A stretch of 64,000 nt of DNA from Eledone cirrhosa (GCA_964016885.1 OZ024740.1:134726001-134790000); one strand, 5' to 3'; numbered from the stretch's first letter, positions 31,740-49,100 are shown. Numbers and translations: made by a program. Notes: generated from the letters alone by a model not told the origin.

Positions 31740-33480
31740 CATGTCTACCTACCATTGACACTATATACACTACACTGTCTGTTACACGTCTACCTACCAT
31801 TGACACTATATACACTACACTGTCTGTTACATGTCTACCTACCATTGACACTATATACACTACAAATAGCGTCTGTAACATGTCTACCTACCATTGACAC
31901 TATATACACTACACTGTCTGTTACATGTCTACATACCATTGACACTATATCCACTACGCTGTCTGTTACATGTCTACATACCATTGACACTATATACACT
32001 ATGCTGTCTGGTACATGTCTATCAAGCTTTGACACTATATACACTACACAGTGCCTGTTAAATGTCTACTTACCATTGACACTATATACACTGCACTGTT
32101 TGTTACATGTCTACCTACCATTGACACTATATATACTATACAGTGTCTGTTACATGGCTACCTACCATTGACACTATATACACTACACAATGTCTGTTAC
32201 ATGTCTACCTAACATTGCTACTATATACACTATACTCTCTGTTACACGTCTACCTACCATTGACACTATATACACTACACATAGTGTCTGTTACATGTCT
32301 ACCTACCATTGACACTATATACACTACACAGTATCTGTTACATGTCTACCTACCATTGACACTATATACACTACACACAGTGTCAATTACATGTCTACCT
32401 ACCATTGACACTATATACACTACACACAGTGTCTATTACATGTCTACCTACCATTGACACTATATACACTACACTGTCTGTTAGATGTCTACCTACCATT
32501 GACACTATATATACAACGCTGTCTGTTACATGTCTACCTACCATTGACACTATATACACTGCACGGTCTGTTATATGTCTACCTACCATTGACACAATAT
32601 ACACTAGACAGTGTCTGTTACATGTCTATCTACCATTGACACTATATACACTACACAGTGTCTGTTAAATGTCTACCTACCATTGACACTATATACACTA
32701 CACAGTGTCTGTTACATGTCTACCTACCATTGACAATATATACATTACACAGTGTCTGTTACATGTCTACCTACCATTGACACTATATACACTACACTGT
32801 CTGTTACACGTCTACCTACCATTGACACTATATACACTACACTGTCTGTTACATGTCTACCTACCATTGACACTATATACACTACAAATAGCGTCTGTAA
32901 CATGTCTACCTACCATTGACACTATATACACTACACTGTCTGTTACATGTCTACATACCATTGACACTATATCCACTACGCTCTCTGTTACATGTCTACA
33001 TACCATTGACACTATATACACTATGCTGTCTGGTACATGTCTATCAAGCTTTGACACTATATACACTACACAGTGCCTGTTAAATGTCTACTTACCATTG
33101 ACACTATATACACTGCACTGTTTGTTACATGTCTACCTACCATTGATACTATATATACTATACAGTGTCTGTTACATGGCTACCTACCATTGACACTATA
33201 TACACTACACAATGTCTGTTACATGTCTACCTAACATTGCTACTATATACACTATACTCACTGTTACACGTCTACCTACCATTGACACTATATACACTAC
33301 ACATAGTGTCTGTTACATGTCTACCTACCATTGACACTATATACACTACACAGTATCTGTTACATGTCTACCTACCATTGACACTATATACACTACACAC
33401 AGTGTCTATTACATGTCTACCTACCATTGACACTATATACACTACACACAGTGTCTATTACATGTCTACCTACCATTGAC
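31740..33480 (+). repeat. Tandem duplication with 1022-bp offset
   Basis: ORF pairs 31835/32857, 32143/33165, 32405/33427. Shared TACAAATAGCGTC variant. Confidence 0.88.
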
Positions 33481-33659
33481 ACTATATATACAACGCTGTC
33501 TGTTACATGTCTACCTACCATTGACACTATATACACTGCACTGTCTGTTATATGTCTGTCTACCATTGACACAATATACACTAGACAGTGTCTGTTAAAT
33601 GTCTACCTACCATTGACACTATATACACTACACAGTGTCTGTTACATGTCTACCTACCA

Positions 33660-36600
33660 GTGACAATATATACATTACACAGTGTCTGTTACATGTCTAC
33701 CTACCATTGACACTATATACACTACACTGTCTGTTACACGTCTACCTACCATTGACACTATATACACTACCCACTGTCTGTTACATGTCTACCTACCATT
33801 GACACTATATACACTACCCACTGTCTGTTACATGCCTACCTACCATTGCTACCATATACACTGTCTGTTACATGTCTACCTACCATTGCTACTTATATAC
33901 ACTTTCTGTTACATGTCTACCTACCATTGTCACTATATACACTACACTCTCTCTTACCTGTCTACCCACCAATGACACTATATACACTACACTGTATGTT
34001 ACATGTCTACCTACCATTGACACGATATACACTACACTGTCTGTTACATGTCTACCTAGCATTGACACTATATACACTACATAGTGTCTGTTACATGTCT
34101 ACCTACCTTTGACACTATATTCACTACACAGTGTCTGTTACATGTCTACTTACCATTGACAGTATATACACTGCACGCAGTGTCTATTACATGTGTACCT
34201 ACCATTGACACTATATACACTACATATAGTGTCTGCTACATGTCTACCTACCATTTACACTATATACACTACACAGTGCTTTTTACATGTCTGTCTACCT
34301 ATGACACTATATACAGTACACAGTGTCTGTTACATGTCTACACTACACTGTCTGTTACATGCCTACCTACCATTGACACTATATACACTACACTGTCTGT
34401 TACATGTCTACCTACCATTGACACTATATTCACTACACAGTGTGTGTTACATGTCTACCTACGATTGACACTATATACACTACACAGTGTCTGTTACATG
34501 TCTACCTACCATTGACACTATATTCACTACACATTGTGTGTTACATGTCTACCTACCATTGACACTATATTCACTACGCAGTGTGTGTTACATGTCTACC
34601 TACCATTGACACTATATACACAGCACACAGTGTCTATTACATGTCTACCTACCATTGACACTATATACACTACACTGTCTGTTACATGTCTACATACCAT
34701 TGACACTATATCCACTACGCTGTCTGTTACATGTCTACATACCATTGACACTATATACACTATGCTGTCTGGTACATGTCTATCAAGCTTTGACACTATA
34801 TACACTACACAGTGCCTGTTAAATGTCTACTTACCATTGACACTATATACACTGCACTGTTTGTTACATGTCTACCTACCATTGACACTATATATACTAT
34901 ACAGTGTCTGTTACATGGCTACCTACCATTGACACTATATACACTACACAATGTCTGTTACATGTCTACCTAACATTGCTACTATATACACTATACTCTC
35001 TGTTACACGTCTACCTACCATTGACACTATATACACTACACATAGTGTCTGTTACGTGTCTACCTACCATTGACACTATATACACTACACAGTATCTGTT
35101 ACATGTCTACCTACCATTGACACTATATATACTACACACAGTGTCTATTACATGTCTACCTACCATTGACACTATCTACACTACACTGTCTGTTAGATGT
35201 CTACCTACCATTGACACTATATATACAACGCTCTCTGTTACATGTCTACCTACCATTGACACTATATACACTGCACTGTCTGTTATATGTCTACCTACCA
35301 TTGACACAATATACACTAGACAGTGTCTGTTACATGTCTATCTACCATTGACACTATATACACTACACAGTGTCTATTACATGTCTACCTACCATTGACA
35401 ATATATACATTACACAGTGTCTGTTACATGTCTACCTACCATTGACACTATATACACTGCACTGTCTGTTATATGTCTACCTACCATTGACACAATATAC
35501 ACTAGACAGTGTCTGTTAAATGTCTACCTACCTTTGACACTATATACACTACACAGTGTCTGTTACATGTCTACCTACCATTGACAATATATACATTACA
35601 CAGTGTCTGTTACATGTCTACCTACCATTGACACTATATACACTACACTGTCTGTTACACGTCTACCTACCATTGACACTATATACACTACACTGTCTGT
35701 TACATGTCTACCTACCATTGACACTATATACACTACAAATAGCGTCTGTAACATGTCTACCTACCATTGACACTATATACACTACACTGTCTATTACATG
35801 TCTACATACCATTGACACTATATCCACTACGCTGTCTGTTACATGTCTACCTACGATTGACACTATATACACTACACAGTATCTGTTACATGTCTACCTA
35901 CCATTGACAGTATATACACTACACACAGTGTCTATTACATGTCTACCTACCATTGACACTATATACACTACACACAGTGTCTATTACATGTCTACCTACC
36001 ATTGGCACTATATATACAACGCTGTCTGTTACATGTCTACCTACCATTGACACTATATACACTGCACTGTCTGTTATATGTCTACCTACCATTGACACAA
36101 TATACACTAGACAGTGTCTGTTACATGTCTATCTACCATTGACACTATATACACTACACAGTGTCTGTTAAATGTCTACCTACCATTGACACTATATACA
36201 CTACACAGTTTCTGTTACATGTCTACCTACCATTGACAATATATACATTACACAGTGTCTGTTACATGTCTACCTACCATTGACACTATATACACTGCAC
36301 TGTCTGTTACACGTCTACCTACCATTGACACTATATACACTACCCACTGTCTGTTACATGTCTACCTACCATTGACACTATATACACTACCCACTGTCTG
36401 TTACATGCCTACCTACCATTGCTACCATATACACTGTCTGTTACATGTCTACCTACCATTGCTACTTATATACACTTTCTGTTACATGTCTACCTACCAT
36501 TGTCACTATATACACTACACTCTCTCTTACCTGTCTACCCACCAATGACACTATATACACTACACTGTATGTTACATGTCTACCTACCATTGACACGATA

Positions 36601-37260
36601 TACACTACACTGTCTGTTACATGTCTACCTAGCATTGACACTATATACACTACATAGTGTCTGTTACTTGTCTACCTACCTTTGACACTATATTCACTAC
36701 ACAGTGTCTGTTACATGTCTACCTACCATTGACAGTATATACACTGCACGCAGTGTCTATTACATGTGTACCAACCATTGACACTATATACACTACATAT
36801 AGTGTCTGCTACATGTCTACCTACCATTGACACTATATACACTACACAGTGCTTTTTACATGTCTGTCTACCTATGACACTATATACAGTACACAGTGTC
36901 TGTTACATGTCTACACTACACTGTCTGTTACATGCTTACCTAGCATTGACACTATATACACTACACTGTCTGTTACATGTCTACCTACCATTGACACTAT
37001 ATTCACTACACAGTGTGTGTTACATGTCTACCTACGATTGACACTATATACACTACACAGTGTCTGTTACATGTCTACCTACCATTGACACTATATTCAC
37101 TACACATTGTGTGTTACATGTCTACCTACCATTGACACTATATTCACTACGCAGTGTGTGTTACATGTCTACCTACCATTGACACTATATACACAGCACA
37201 CAGTGTCTATTACATGTCTACCTACCATTGACACTATATACACTACACTGTCTGTTACAT
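33660..37260 (+). repeat. Duplication with 2573-bp offset
   Basis: ORF pairs 33682/36255, 33846/36419, 34193/36766, 34534/37107. Confidence 0.88.
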
Positions 37261-40200
37261 GTCTACCTACCTTTCACACTATATTCACTACACAGTATCT
37301 GTTACATGTCTACCTACCATTGACACTATATACACTACACACAGTGTCTATTACATGTCTAGCTACCATTGACACTATATACACTACACTGTCTGTAACA
37401 TGTCTACCTACCATTGACACTATATACACTACACTGTGTGTTACATGTCTACCTACCATTGAAACTATATATACTACATATATCGTCTGTAACATTTCTA
37501 CCTACCATTGACACTATATGCACTACACTGTCTGTTACATGTCTACCTACCATTGACACTATATCCACTACGCTGTCTGTTACATTTCTACCATTGACAC
37601 TATATACACTACGCTGTCTGTTACATGTATACCTGCCGTTGACACTATATACACTACACTGTCTGTTACATGTCTACATACCATTGACACTATATACACT
37701 ATGCTTTCTGGTACATGTCTATCAAGCTTTGACACTATATACACTACACAGTGCCTGTTAAATGTCTACTTGCCATTGACACTATATACACTGCACTGTT
37801 TGTTACATGTCTACCTACCATTGACACTATATATACCATACAGTGTCTGTTACATGGCTACCTACCATTGACACTATATACACTACACAGTGTCTGTTAC
37901 CTGTCTACCTAACATTGCTACTATATACACTATACTCTCTGTTACACGTCTACCTACCATTGACACTATATACACTACACATAGTGTCTGTTACATGTCT
38001 ACCTACCATTGACACTATATACACTACACAGTATCTGTTACATGTCTACCTACCATTGACACTATATACACTACACACAGTGTCTATTACATGTCTGCCT
38101 ACCATTGACACTATATACACTACACTGTCTGTTAGATGTCTACCTACCATTGACACTATATACACAACGCTGTGTGTTACATGTCTACCTACCATTGACA
38201 CTATATACACTGCACTGTCTGGTACATGTCTACCTACCATTGACACAATATTCACTAGACAGTGTCTGTTACATGTCTACCTACCATTGACACTATATAC
38301 ACTACACAGTGTCTGTTACATGTCTACCTACCATTGACACTATATACACTACACTGTCTGTTACACGTCTACCTACCATTGACACTATATACGCTACACT
38401 GTCTGTTATATGTCTACCTACCATTGACACTATATACACTACCCACTGTCTGTTACATGTCTACCTACCATTGCTACTATATACACTGTCTGTTACATGT
38501 CTACCTACAATTGCTACTTATATACACTTTCTGTTACATGTCTACCTACCATTGTCACTATATAAACTACACTGTCTTTTACATGTCTACCCACCAATGA
38601 CACTATATACACTACACTGTATGTTACATGTCTACCTACCATTGACACGATATAAACTACACTGTCTGTTACATGCCTACCTACCATTGACACTATATAC
38701 ACTACACAGTGTCTGTTACATGTCTACCTACCATTGCTTCTATATACACATTCTGTTACACGTCTAGCTACCATTGACACTATATACACTACACTGTCTG
38801 TTACATGTCAACCTACCTTTGACACTATATACACTACACACAGTGTCTATTACATGTCTACCTACCATTGACACTATATACACTACACTGTCTGTTACAT
38901 GTCTACCTACCATTGACACTATATACACTACACTGTCTGTTACATGTCTACCTACCATTGACACTATATACACTACATATAGCGTCTGTAACATGTCTAC
39001 CTACCATTGACACTATATACACTACACTGTCTGTTACATGTCTACATACCATTGACACTATTTCCACTACGCTGTCTGTTACATGTCTACCTACCATTGG
39101 CACTATATACACTACATATAGTGTCTATTACATTCTACCTACCATTGACACTATATAGAGTGCACTGTCTCACACTATAATCACTACACACTGTCTGTTA
39201 CATGTCTACCTACCATTGCTCCTATATACACTCTCTGTTACATGCCTACCTTCCATTGCTACTATATACACTGTCTGTTACATGTCTACCTACCATTGAC
39301 AGAATATACCCTACATATAGTGTCTGTTACATGTCTAACTACGATTGACACTATATACACTACGCTGTCTGTTACATGTGTACCTACCATTGACACTATA
39401 TACACTACACTATCTGATACATGTCTACCTACCATTGACACAATATACACTAGACAGTGTCTGTTACATGTCTACCTACCATTGACACTATATACACTAC
39501 ACAGTGTCTGTTACATGTCTACCTACCATTGACACTATATACACTACACTGTCGTTACACGTCTACCTACCATTGACACTATATAAACTACACAGTGTCT
39601 GTTACATGTCTACCTACCATTGACACTATATACACTACACAGTGTTTATTACATATCTACCTACCATTGACACTATATACACTAAACCGTGTCTGTTACA
39701 TGTCTACCTACCATTGACACAATATACCTTACACTGTCTGTTACACGTCTACATACCATTGTCACTATATACACTACACTGTCTGTTAAATGTCTACCCA
39801 CCAATGACACTATATACACTACACTGTATGTCACATGTCTACCTACTATTGACACGATATACACTACACTGGTTGTCACATGTCTACCTACCATTGACAC
39901 TATATACACTACACAGTGTCTGTTACATTTCTACCTACCTTTGACACTATATTCACTACAGAGTGTCTGTTACATGTCTACCTACCATTGACACTATATA
40001 CCTTACACTGTCTGTTACACGTCTACCTACAATTGCCACTATATACACTACACTGTCTGTTAAATGTCTACCCACCAATGAGACTATATACACTACACTG
40101 TATGTAACATGTCTACCTACCATTGACACGATATACACTACACTTTCTGTTACATGTCTACCTACCATTGTCACTATATACACTACATAGTGTCTGTTAC

Positions 40201-43200
40201 ATGTCTACCTACCTTTGACACTATATTCACTACAGAGTGTCTGTTACATGTCTACCTACCATTGACACTATATGTACTACACAGTGTCTGTTACATGTCT
40301 ACCTACCATTGACACTATATACACTCTCTGTTACATGTCTACCTACCAATGCTACTATATTCACTGTCTGTTACATGCCTACCTACCATTGTCACTATAT
40401 ACACTACACTGTCTCTTACATGTCTACCTACAAATGACACTATATACACTACACTCTAAGTTACATGTCTACCTACCATTGAAACGATATACACTATACT
40501 GTCTGTTACATGTCTACCTACCATTGACACTATATACACTACACTGTCTGTTACATGTCTACATACCATTGAAACTATATACACTACGGTGTCTGTTACA
40601 TGTCTACCTACCATTGACACTATATACACTACACAGTGCCTATTACATGTCTCTCTACCTATGACACTATATACACTACACTGTCTGTTACATGTCTACC
40701 TACGATTGACACTATATATACTACACAGTGTCTGTTACATGTCTACCTACCATTGACACTTTATACCCTAAACAGTGTCTGTTACATGTCTACCTACCAT
40801 TGACACTATATACATTACACTGTCTGTTAAACGTCTACCTACCATTGCCACTATATACAGTACACTGTCTGTTAAATGTCTACTTACTATTGATACAATA
40901 TACATTAACCAGTATCTGTTACATGTCTATCTACCATTGCTACTATATACACTGGCTGTTACATGTCTACCCACCAATGACACTATATACACTACACTGT
41001 ATGTCACATATCTACCTACCCTTCACACTATATACACTACATAGTATCTGTTACATGTCTACCTACCTTTGACACTATATTCTCTACATAGTGTCTGTTA
41101 CACGTCTACATACCATTGACACTATATACACTACACACAGTGTCTATTACATGTCTACCTACCATTGACACTATATACACTACACAGTGTCTGTTACATG
41201 TCTACCTACCATTGACAGAATATACACTACATAGAGTGTCTGTTACATGTCTAACTACGATTGACACTATATACAAGACATTGTCAGCTAGATGTCTACC
41301 TACCATTGACACTATATACACTACACACAGTGTCTATTACATGTCTACCTACCATTGACACTATATATACAACGCTGTCTGTTACATGTCTACCTACCAT
41401 TGACACTATATACACTGCACTGTCTGTTATATGTCTACCTACCATTGAGACAATATACACTAGACAGTGTCTGTTACATGTCTATCTACCATTGACACTA
41501 TATACACTACACAGTGTCTGTTAAATGTCTACCTACCATTGACACTATATACACTACACAGTGTCTGTTACGTGTCTACCTACCATTGACAATATATACA
41601 TTACACAGTGTCTGTTACATGTCTACCTACCATTGACACTATATACACTACACTGTCTGTTACACGTCTACCTACCATTGACACTATATACACTACCCAC
41701 TGTCTGTTACATGTCAACCTACCATTGACACTATATACACTACCCACTGTCTGTTACATGCCTACCTACCATTGCTACCATATACACTGTCTGTTACATG
41801 TCTACCTACCATTGCTACTTATATACACTTTCTGTTACATGTCTACCTACCATTGTCACTATATACACTACACTCTCTCTTACCTGTCTACCCACCAATG
41901 ACACTATATACACTACACTGTATGTTACATGTCTACCTACCATTGACACGATATACACTACACTGTCTGTTACATGTCTACCTAGCATTGACACTATATA
42001 CACTACATAGTGTCTGTTACATGTCTACCTACCTTTGACACTATATTCACTACACAGTGTCTGTTACATGTCTACCTACCATTGACAGTATATACACTGC
42101 ACGCAGTGTCTATTACATGTGTACCTACCATTGACACTATATACACTACATATAGTGTCTGCTACATGTCTACCTACCATTGACACTATATACACTACAC
42201 AGTGCTTTTTACATGTCTGTCTACCTATGACACTATATACAGTACACAGTGTCTGGTACATGTCTACACTACACTGTCTGTTACATGCCTACCTACCATT
42301 GACACTATATACACTACACTGTCTGTTACATGTCTACCTACCATTGACACTATATTCACTACACAGTGTGTGTTACATGTCTACCTACGATTGACACTAT
42401 ATACACTACACAGTGTCTGTTACATGTCTACCTACCATTCACACTATATTCACTACACATTGTGTGTTACATGTCTACCTACCATTGACACTATATTCAC
42501 TACGCAGTGTGTGTTACATGTCTACCTACCATTGACTCTATATACACAGCACACAGTGTCTATTACATGTCTACCTACCATTGACACTATATACACTACA
42601 CTGTCTGTTACATGTCTACCTACCTTTCACACTATATTCACTACACAGTATCTGTTACATGTCTACCTACCATTGACACTATATACACTACACACAGTGT
42701 CTATTACATGTCTAGCTACCATTGACACTATATACACTACACTGTCTGTAACATGTCTACCTACCATTGACACTATATACACTACACTGTGTGTTACATG
42801 TCAACCTACCATTGAAAATATATATACTACATATATCGTCTGTAACATGTCTACCTACCATTGACACTATATACACTACACTGTCTGTTACATGTCTACC
42901 TACCATTGACACTATATCCACTACGCTGTCTGTTACATTTCTACCATTGACACTATATACACTACGCTGTCTGTTACATGTATACCTGCCGTTGACACTA
43001 TATACACTACACTGTCTGTTACATGTCTACATACCATTGACACTATATACACTATGCTTTCTGGTACATGTCTATCAAGCTTTGACACTATATACACTAC
43101 ACAGTGCCTGTTAAATGTCTACTTGCCATTGACACTATATACACTGCACTGTTTGTTACATGTCTACCTACCATTGACACTATATATACTATACAGTGTC

Positions 43201-46100
43201 TGTTACATGGCTACCTACCATTGACACTATATACACTACACAGTGTCTGTTACATGTCTACCTAACATTGCTACTATATACACTATACTCTCTGTTACAC
43301 GTCTACCTACCATTGACACTATATACACTACACATAGTGTCTGTTACATGTCTACCTACCATTGACACTATATACACTACACAGTATCTGTTACATGTCT
43401 ACCTACTATTGACACTATATACACTACACACAGTGTCTATTACATGTCTACCTACCATTGACACTATATACACTACACACAGTGTCTATTACATGTCTAC
43501 CTACCATTGACACTATATACACTACACTGTCTGTTAGATGTCTACCTACCATTGACACTATATACACAACGCTGTGTGTTACATGTCTACCTACCATTGA
43601 CACTATATACACTGCACTGTCTGTTACATGTCTACCTACCATTGACACAATATTCACTAGACAGTGTCTGTTACATGTCTACCTACCATTGACACTATAT
43701 ACACTACACAGTGTCTGTTACATGTCTACCTACCATTGACACTATATACACTACACTGTCTGTTACACGTCTACCTACCATTGACACTATATACGCTACA
43801 CTGTCTGTTATATGTCTACCTACCATTGACACTATATACACTACCCACTGTCTGTTACATGTCTACCTACCATTGCTACTATATACACTGTCTGTTACAT
43901 GTCTACCTACAATTGCTACTTATATACACTTTCTGTTACATGTCTACCTACCATTGTCACTATATACACTACACTGTCTCTTACATGTCTACCCACCAAT
44001 GACACTATATACACTACACTGTATGTTACATGTCTACCTACCATTGACACGATATAAACTACACTGTCTGTTACATGCCTACCTACCATTGACACTATAT
44101 ACACTACACAGTGTCTGTTACATGTCTACCTACCATTGACACTATATACACTACACTGTCTGTTACATGTCTACCTACCATTGACACTATATACACTACA
44201 CTGTCTGTTACATGTCTACCTACCATTGACACTATATACACTACACTGTCTGTTACATGTCTACCTACCATTGACACCATATACACTACATATAGCGTCT
44301 GTAACATGTCTACCTACCATTGACACTATATACACTACACTGTCTGTTACATGTCTACATACCATTGACACTATTTCCACTACGCTGTCTGTTACATGTC
44401 TACCTACCATTGGCACTATATACACTACATATAGTGTCTATTACATTCTACCTACCATTGACACTATATAGAGTACACTGTCTCACACTATAATCACTAC
44501 ACACTGTCTGTTACATGTCTACCTACCATTGACAGAATATACCCTACATATAGTGTCTGTTACATGTCTAACTACGATTGACACTATATACACTACGCTG
44601 TCTGTTACATGTGTACCTACCATTGACACTATATACACTACACTGTCTGATACATGTCTACCTACCATTGACACAATATACACTAGACAGTGTCTGTTAC
44701 ATGTCTACCTACCATTGACACTATATACACTACACAGTGTCTGTTACATGTCTACCTACCATTGACACTATATACACTACACTGTCGTTACACGTCTACC
44801 TACCATTGACACTATATAAACTACACAGTGTCTGTTACATGTCTACCTACCATTGACACTATATACACTACACAGTGTTTATTACATATCTACCTACCAT
44901 TGACACTATATACACTAAACCGTGTCTGTTACATGTCTACCTACCATTGACACTATATACCTTACACTGTCTGTTACACGTCTACCTACCATTGCCACTA
45001 TAAACACTACACTGTCTGTTAAATGTCTACCCACCAATGACACTATATACACTACACTGTATGTCACATGTCTACCTACTATTGACACGATATACACTAC
45101 ACTGGTTGTCACATGTCTACCTACCATTGACACTATATACACTACACAGTGTCTGTTACATTTCTACCTACCTTTGACACTATATTCACTACAGAGTGTC
45201 TGTTACATGTCTACCTACCATTGACACTATATGTACTACACAGTGTCTGTTACATGTCTACCTACCATTGACACTATATACACTCTCTGTTACATGTCTA
45301 CCTACCAATGCTACTATATTCACTGTCTGTTACATGCCTACCTACCATTGTCACTATATACACTACACTGTCTCTTACATGTCTACCTACATATGACACT
45401 ATATACACTACACTCTAAGTTACATGTCTACCTACCATTGAAACGATATACACTATACTGTCTGTTACATGTCTACCTACCATTGACACTATATACACTA
45501 CACTGTCTGTTACATGTCTACATACCATTGAAACTATATACACTACGGTGTCTGTTACATGTCTACCTACCATTGACACTATATACATTACACTGTCTGT
45601 TAAACGTCTACCTACCATTGCCACTATATACAGTACACTGTCTGTTAAATGTCTACTTACTATTGATACAATATACATTAACCAGTATCTGTTACATGTC
45701 TATCTACCATTGCTACTATATACACTGGCTGTTACATGTCTACCCACCAATGACACTATATACACTACACTGTATGTCACATATCTACCTACCCTTCACA
45801 CTATATACACTACATAGTATCTGTTACATGTCTACCTACCTTTGACACTATATTCTCTACACAGTGTCTGTTACACGTCTACATACCATTGACACTATAT
45901 ACACTACACACAGTGTCTATTACATGTCTACCTACCATTGACACTATATACACTACACAGTGTCTGTTACATGTCTACCTACCATTGACAGAATATACAC
46001 TACATAGAGTGTCTGTTACATGTCTAACTACGATTGACACTATATACAAGACATTGTCAGCTAGATGTCTACCTACCATTGACACTATATACACTACGCT
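35960..46100 (+). repeat. Tandem duplication of an approximately 5.35-kb block with monomer-scale indels
   Basis: ORF pairs 36255/41608, 36766/42119, 37414/42767, 37843/43196 (5353); 38262/43664 (5402); 39682/44915 (5233); 40237/45196 (4959); 41116/45889 (4773). Confidence 0.88.
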
Positions 46101-49100
46101 GTCTGTTACATGTCTACCTACCATTGACAGAATATACACTACATAGAGTGTCTGTTACATGTCTAACTACGATTGACACTATATACAAGACATTGTCAGC
46201 TAGATGTCTACCTACCATTGACACTATATACACTACGCTGTCTGTTACATGTCTACCTACCATTGACACTATATACACTGCACTGTCTGTTACATGTCTA
46301 CCTACCATTGAGACAAGATACACTAGACAGTGTCTGTTACATGTCTACCTACCAGTGACACTATATACACTACACAGTGTCTATTACATGTCTAGCTACG
46401 ATTGACACTATATAAACTACACAGTGTCTGTTACATGTCTACCTACCATTGACACTATATACACTACACAGCGTCTGTTACATGCCTACCTACCATTGAC
46501 ACTATATACACTACACCGTGTCTGTTACATGTCTACCTACCATTGCAACTATGTACACATTCTGTTACACGTCTAGCTACCATTGACACTATATACACTA
46601 CACTGTCTGTTACATGTCTACCTACCATTGGCACTATATACACTACATATAGTGTCTATTACATTCTACCTACCATTGACACTATATAGAGTACACTGTC
46701 TCGCACTATAATCACTACACACTGTCTGTTACATGTCTACCTACCATTGCTCCTATATACACTCTCTGTTACATGCCTACCTTCCATTGCTACTATATAC
46801 ACTGTCTGTTACATGTCTACCTACCATTGACAGAATATACCCTACATATAGTGTATGTTACATGTCTAACTACGATTGACACTATATACACTACGCTGTC
46901 TGTTACATGTGTACCTACCATTGACACTATATACACTACACTGTCTGTTACATGTCTACCTACCATTGAAATTATATACACTGCAATGTCTGTTACATGT
47001 CTACCTACCATTGACACAATATACACTAGACAGTGTCTGTTACATGTCTACCTACCATTGACACTATATACACTACACAGTGTCTGTTACATGTCTACCT
47101 ACCATTGACACTATATACACCACACTGTCGTTACACGTCTACCTACCATTGACACTATATAAACTACACAGTGTCTGTTACATGTCTACCTACCATTGAC
47201 ACTATATACACTACACTGTCTGTTACATGTCTACCTACCATTGAAATTATATACACTGCAATGTCTGTTACATGTCTACCTACCATTGACACAATATACA
47301 CTAGACAGTGTGTGTTACATGTCTACCTACCATTGACACTATATACACTACACAGTGTCTGTTACATGTCTACCCACCAATGACACTATATACAATACAC
47401 TGTATGTCACATGTCTACCTACTATTGACACGATATACACTACACTGGTTGTCACATGTCTACCTACCATTGACACTATATACACTACACAGTGTCTGTT
47501 ACATTTCTACCTACCTTTGACACTATATTCACTACAGAGTGTCTGTTACATGTCTACCTACCATTGACACTATATACCTTACACTGTCTGTTACACGTCT
47601 ACCTACCATTGCCGCTATATACACTACACTGTCTGTTAAATGTCTACCCACCAATGACACTATATACACTACACTGTATGTAACATGTCTACCTACCTTT
47701 GACACGATATACACTACACTTTCTGTTACATGTCTACCTACCATTGTCACTATATACACTACATAGTGTCTGTTACATGTCTACCTACCTTTGACACTAT
47801 ATTCACTACAGAGTGTCTGTTACATGTCTACCTACCATTGACACTATATGTACTACACAGTGTCTGTTACATGTCTACCTACCATTGACACTATATACAC
47901 TACACAGTGTTTGTTACATATCTACCTACCATTGACACTATATACACTAAACAGTGTCTGTTACATGTCTACCTACCATTGACTCTATATACCTTACACT
48001 GTCTGTTACACGTCTACCTACCATTGCCACTATATACACTACACTGTCTGTTAAATGACTACCTACCATTGACACTATATACACTAACCAGTATCTGGCA
48101 CATGTCTACCTACCATTGCTACTATATACACTCTCTGTTACATGTCTACCTACCAATGCTACTATATTCACTGTCTGTTACATGCCTACCTACCATTGTC
48201 ACTATATACACTACACTGTCTCTTACATGTCTACCCACCAATGACACTATATACACTACACTCTAAGTTACATGTCTACCTACCATTGAAACGATATACA
48301 CTATACTGTCTGTTACATGTCTACCTACCATTGACACTATATACACTACACTGTCTGTTACATGTCTACATACCATTGACACTATATACACTACACAGTG
48401 CCTATTACATGTCTCTCTACCTATGACACTATATACACTACACTGTCTGTTACATGTCTACCTACGATTGACACTATATATACTACACAGTGTCTGTTAC
48501 ATGTCTACCTACCATTGACACTTTATACCCTAAACAGTGTCTGTTACATGACTACCTACCATTGACACTATATACATTACACTGTCTGTTAAACGTCTAC
48601 CTACCATTGCCACTATATACACTACACTGTCTGTTAAATGTCTACTTACTATTGATACAATATACATTAACCAGTATCTGTTACATGTCTATCTACCATT
48701 GCTACTATATACACTGGCTGTTACATGTCTACCTACCATTGCTACTATATACACTGTCTGTTACATGTCTACCCACCAATGACACTATATACACTACACT
48801 GTATGTCACATATCTACCTACCATTCACACTATATACACTACATAGTATCTGTTACATGTCTACCTACCTTTGACACTATATTCTCTACAGAGTGTCTGT
48901 TACACGTCTACATACCATTGACACTATATACACTACACACAGAGTCTATTCCATGCGTACCTACCATTGACACTATATGCAGTACATACAGTGTCTATTA
49001 CATGTCTACCTACCATTGACACTATATACAATAACCAGTATCTGTTACATGTCTACCTACCATTGCTACTATATACACTGTCTGTTACATGTCTACCTAC

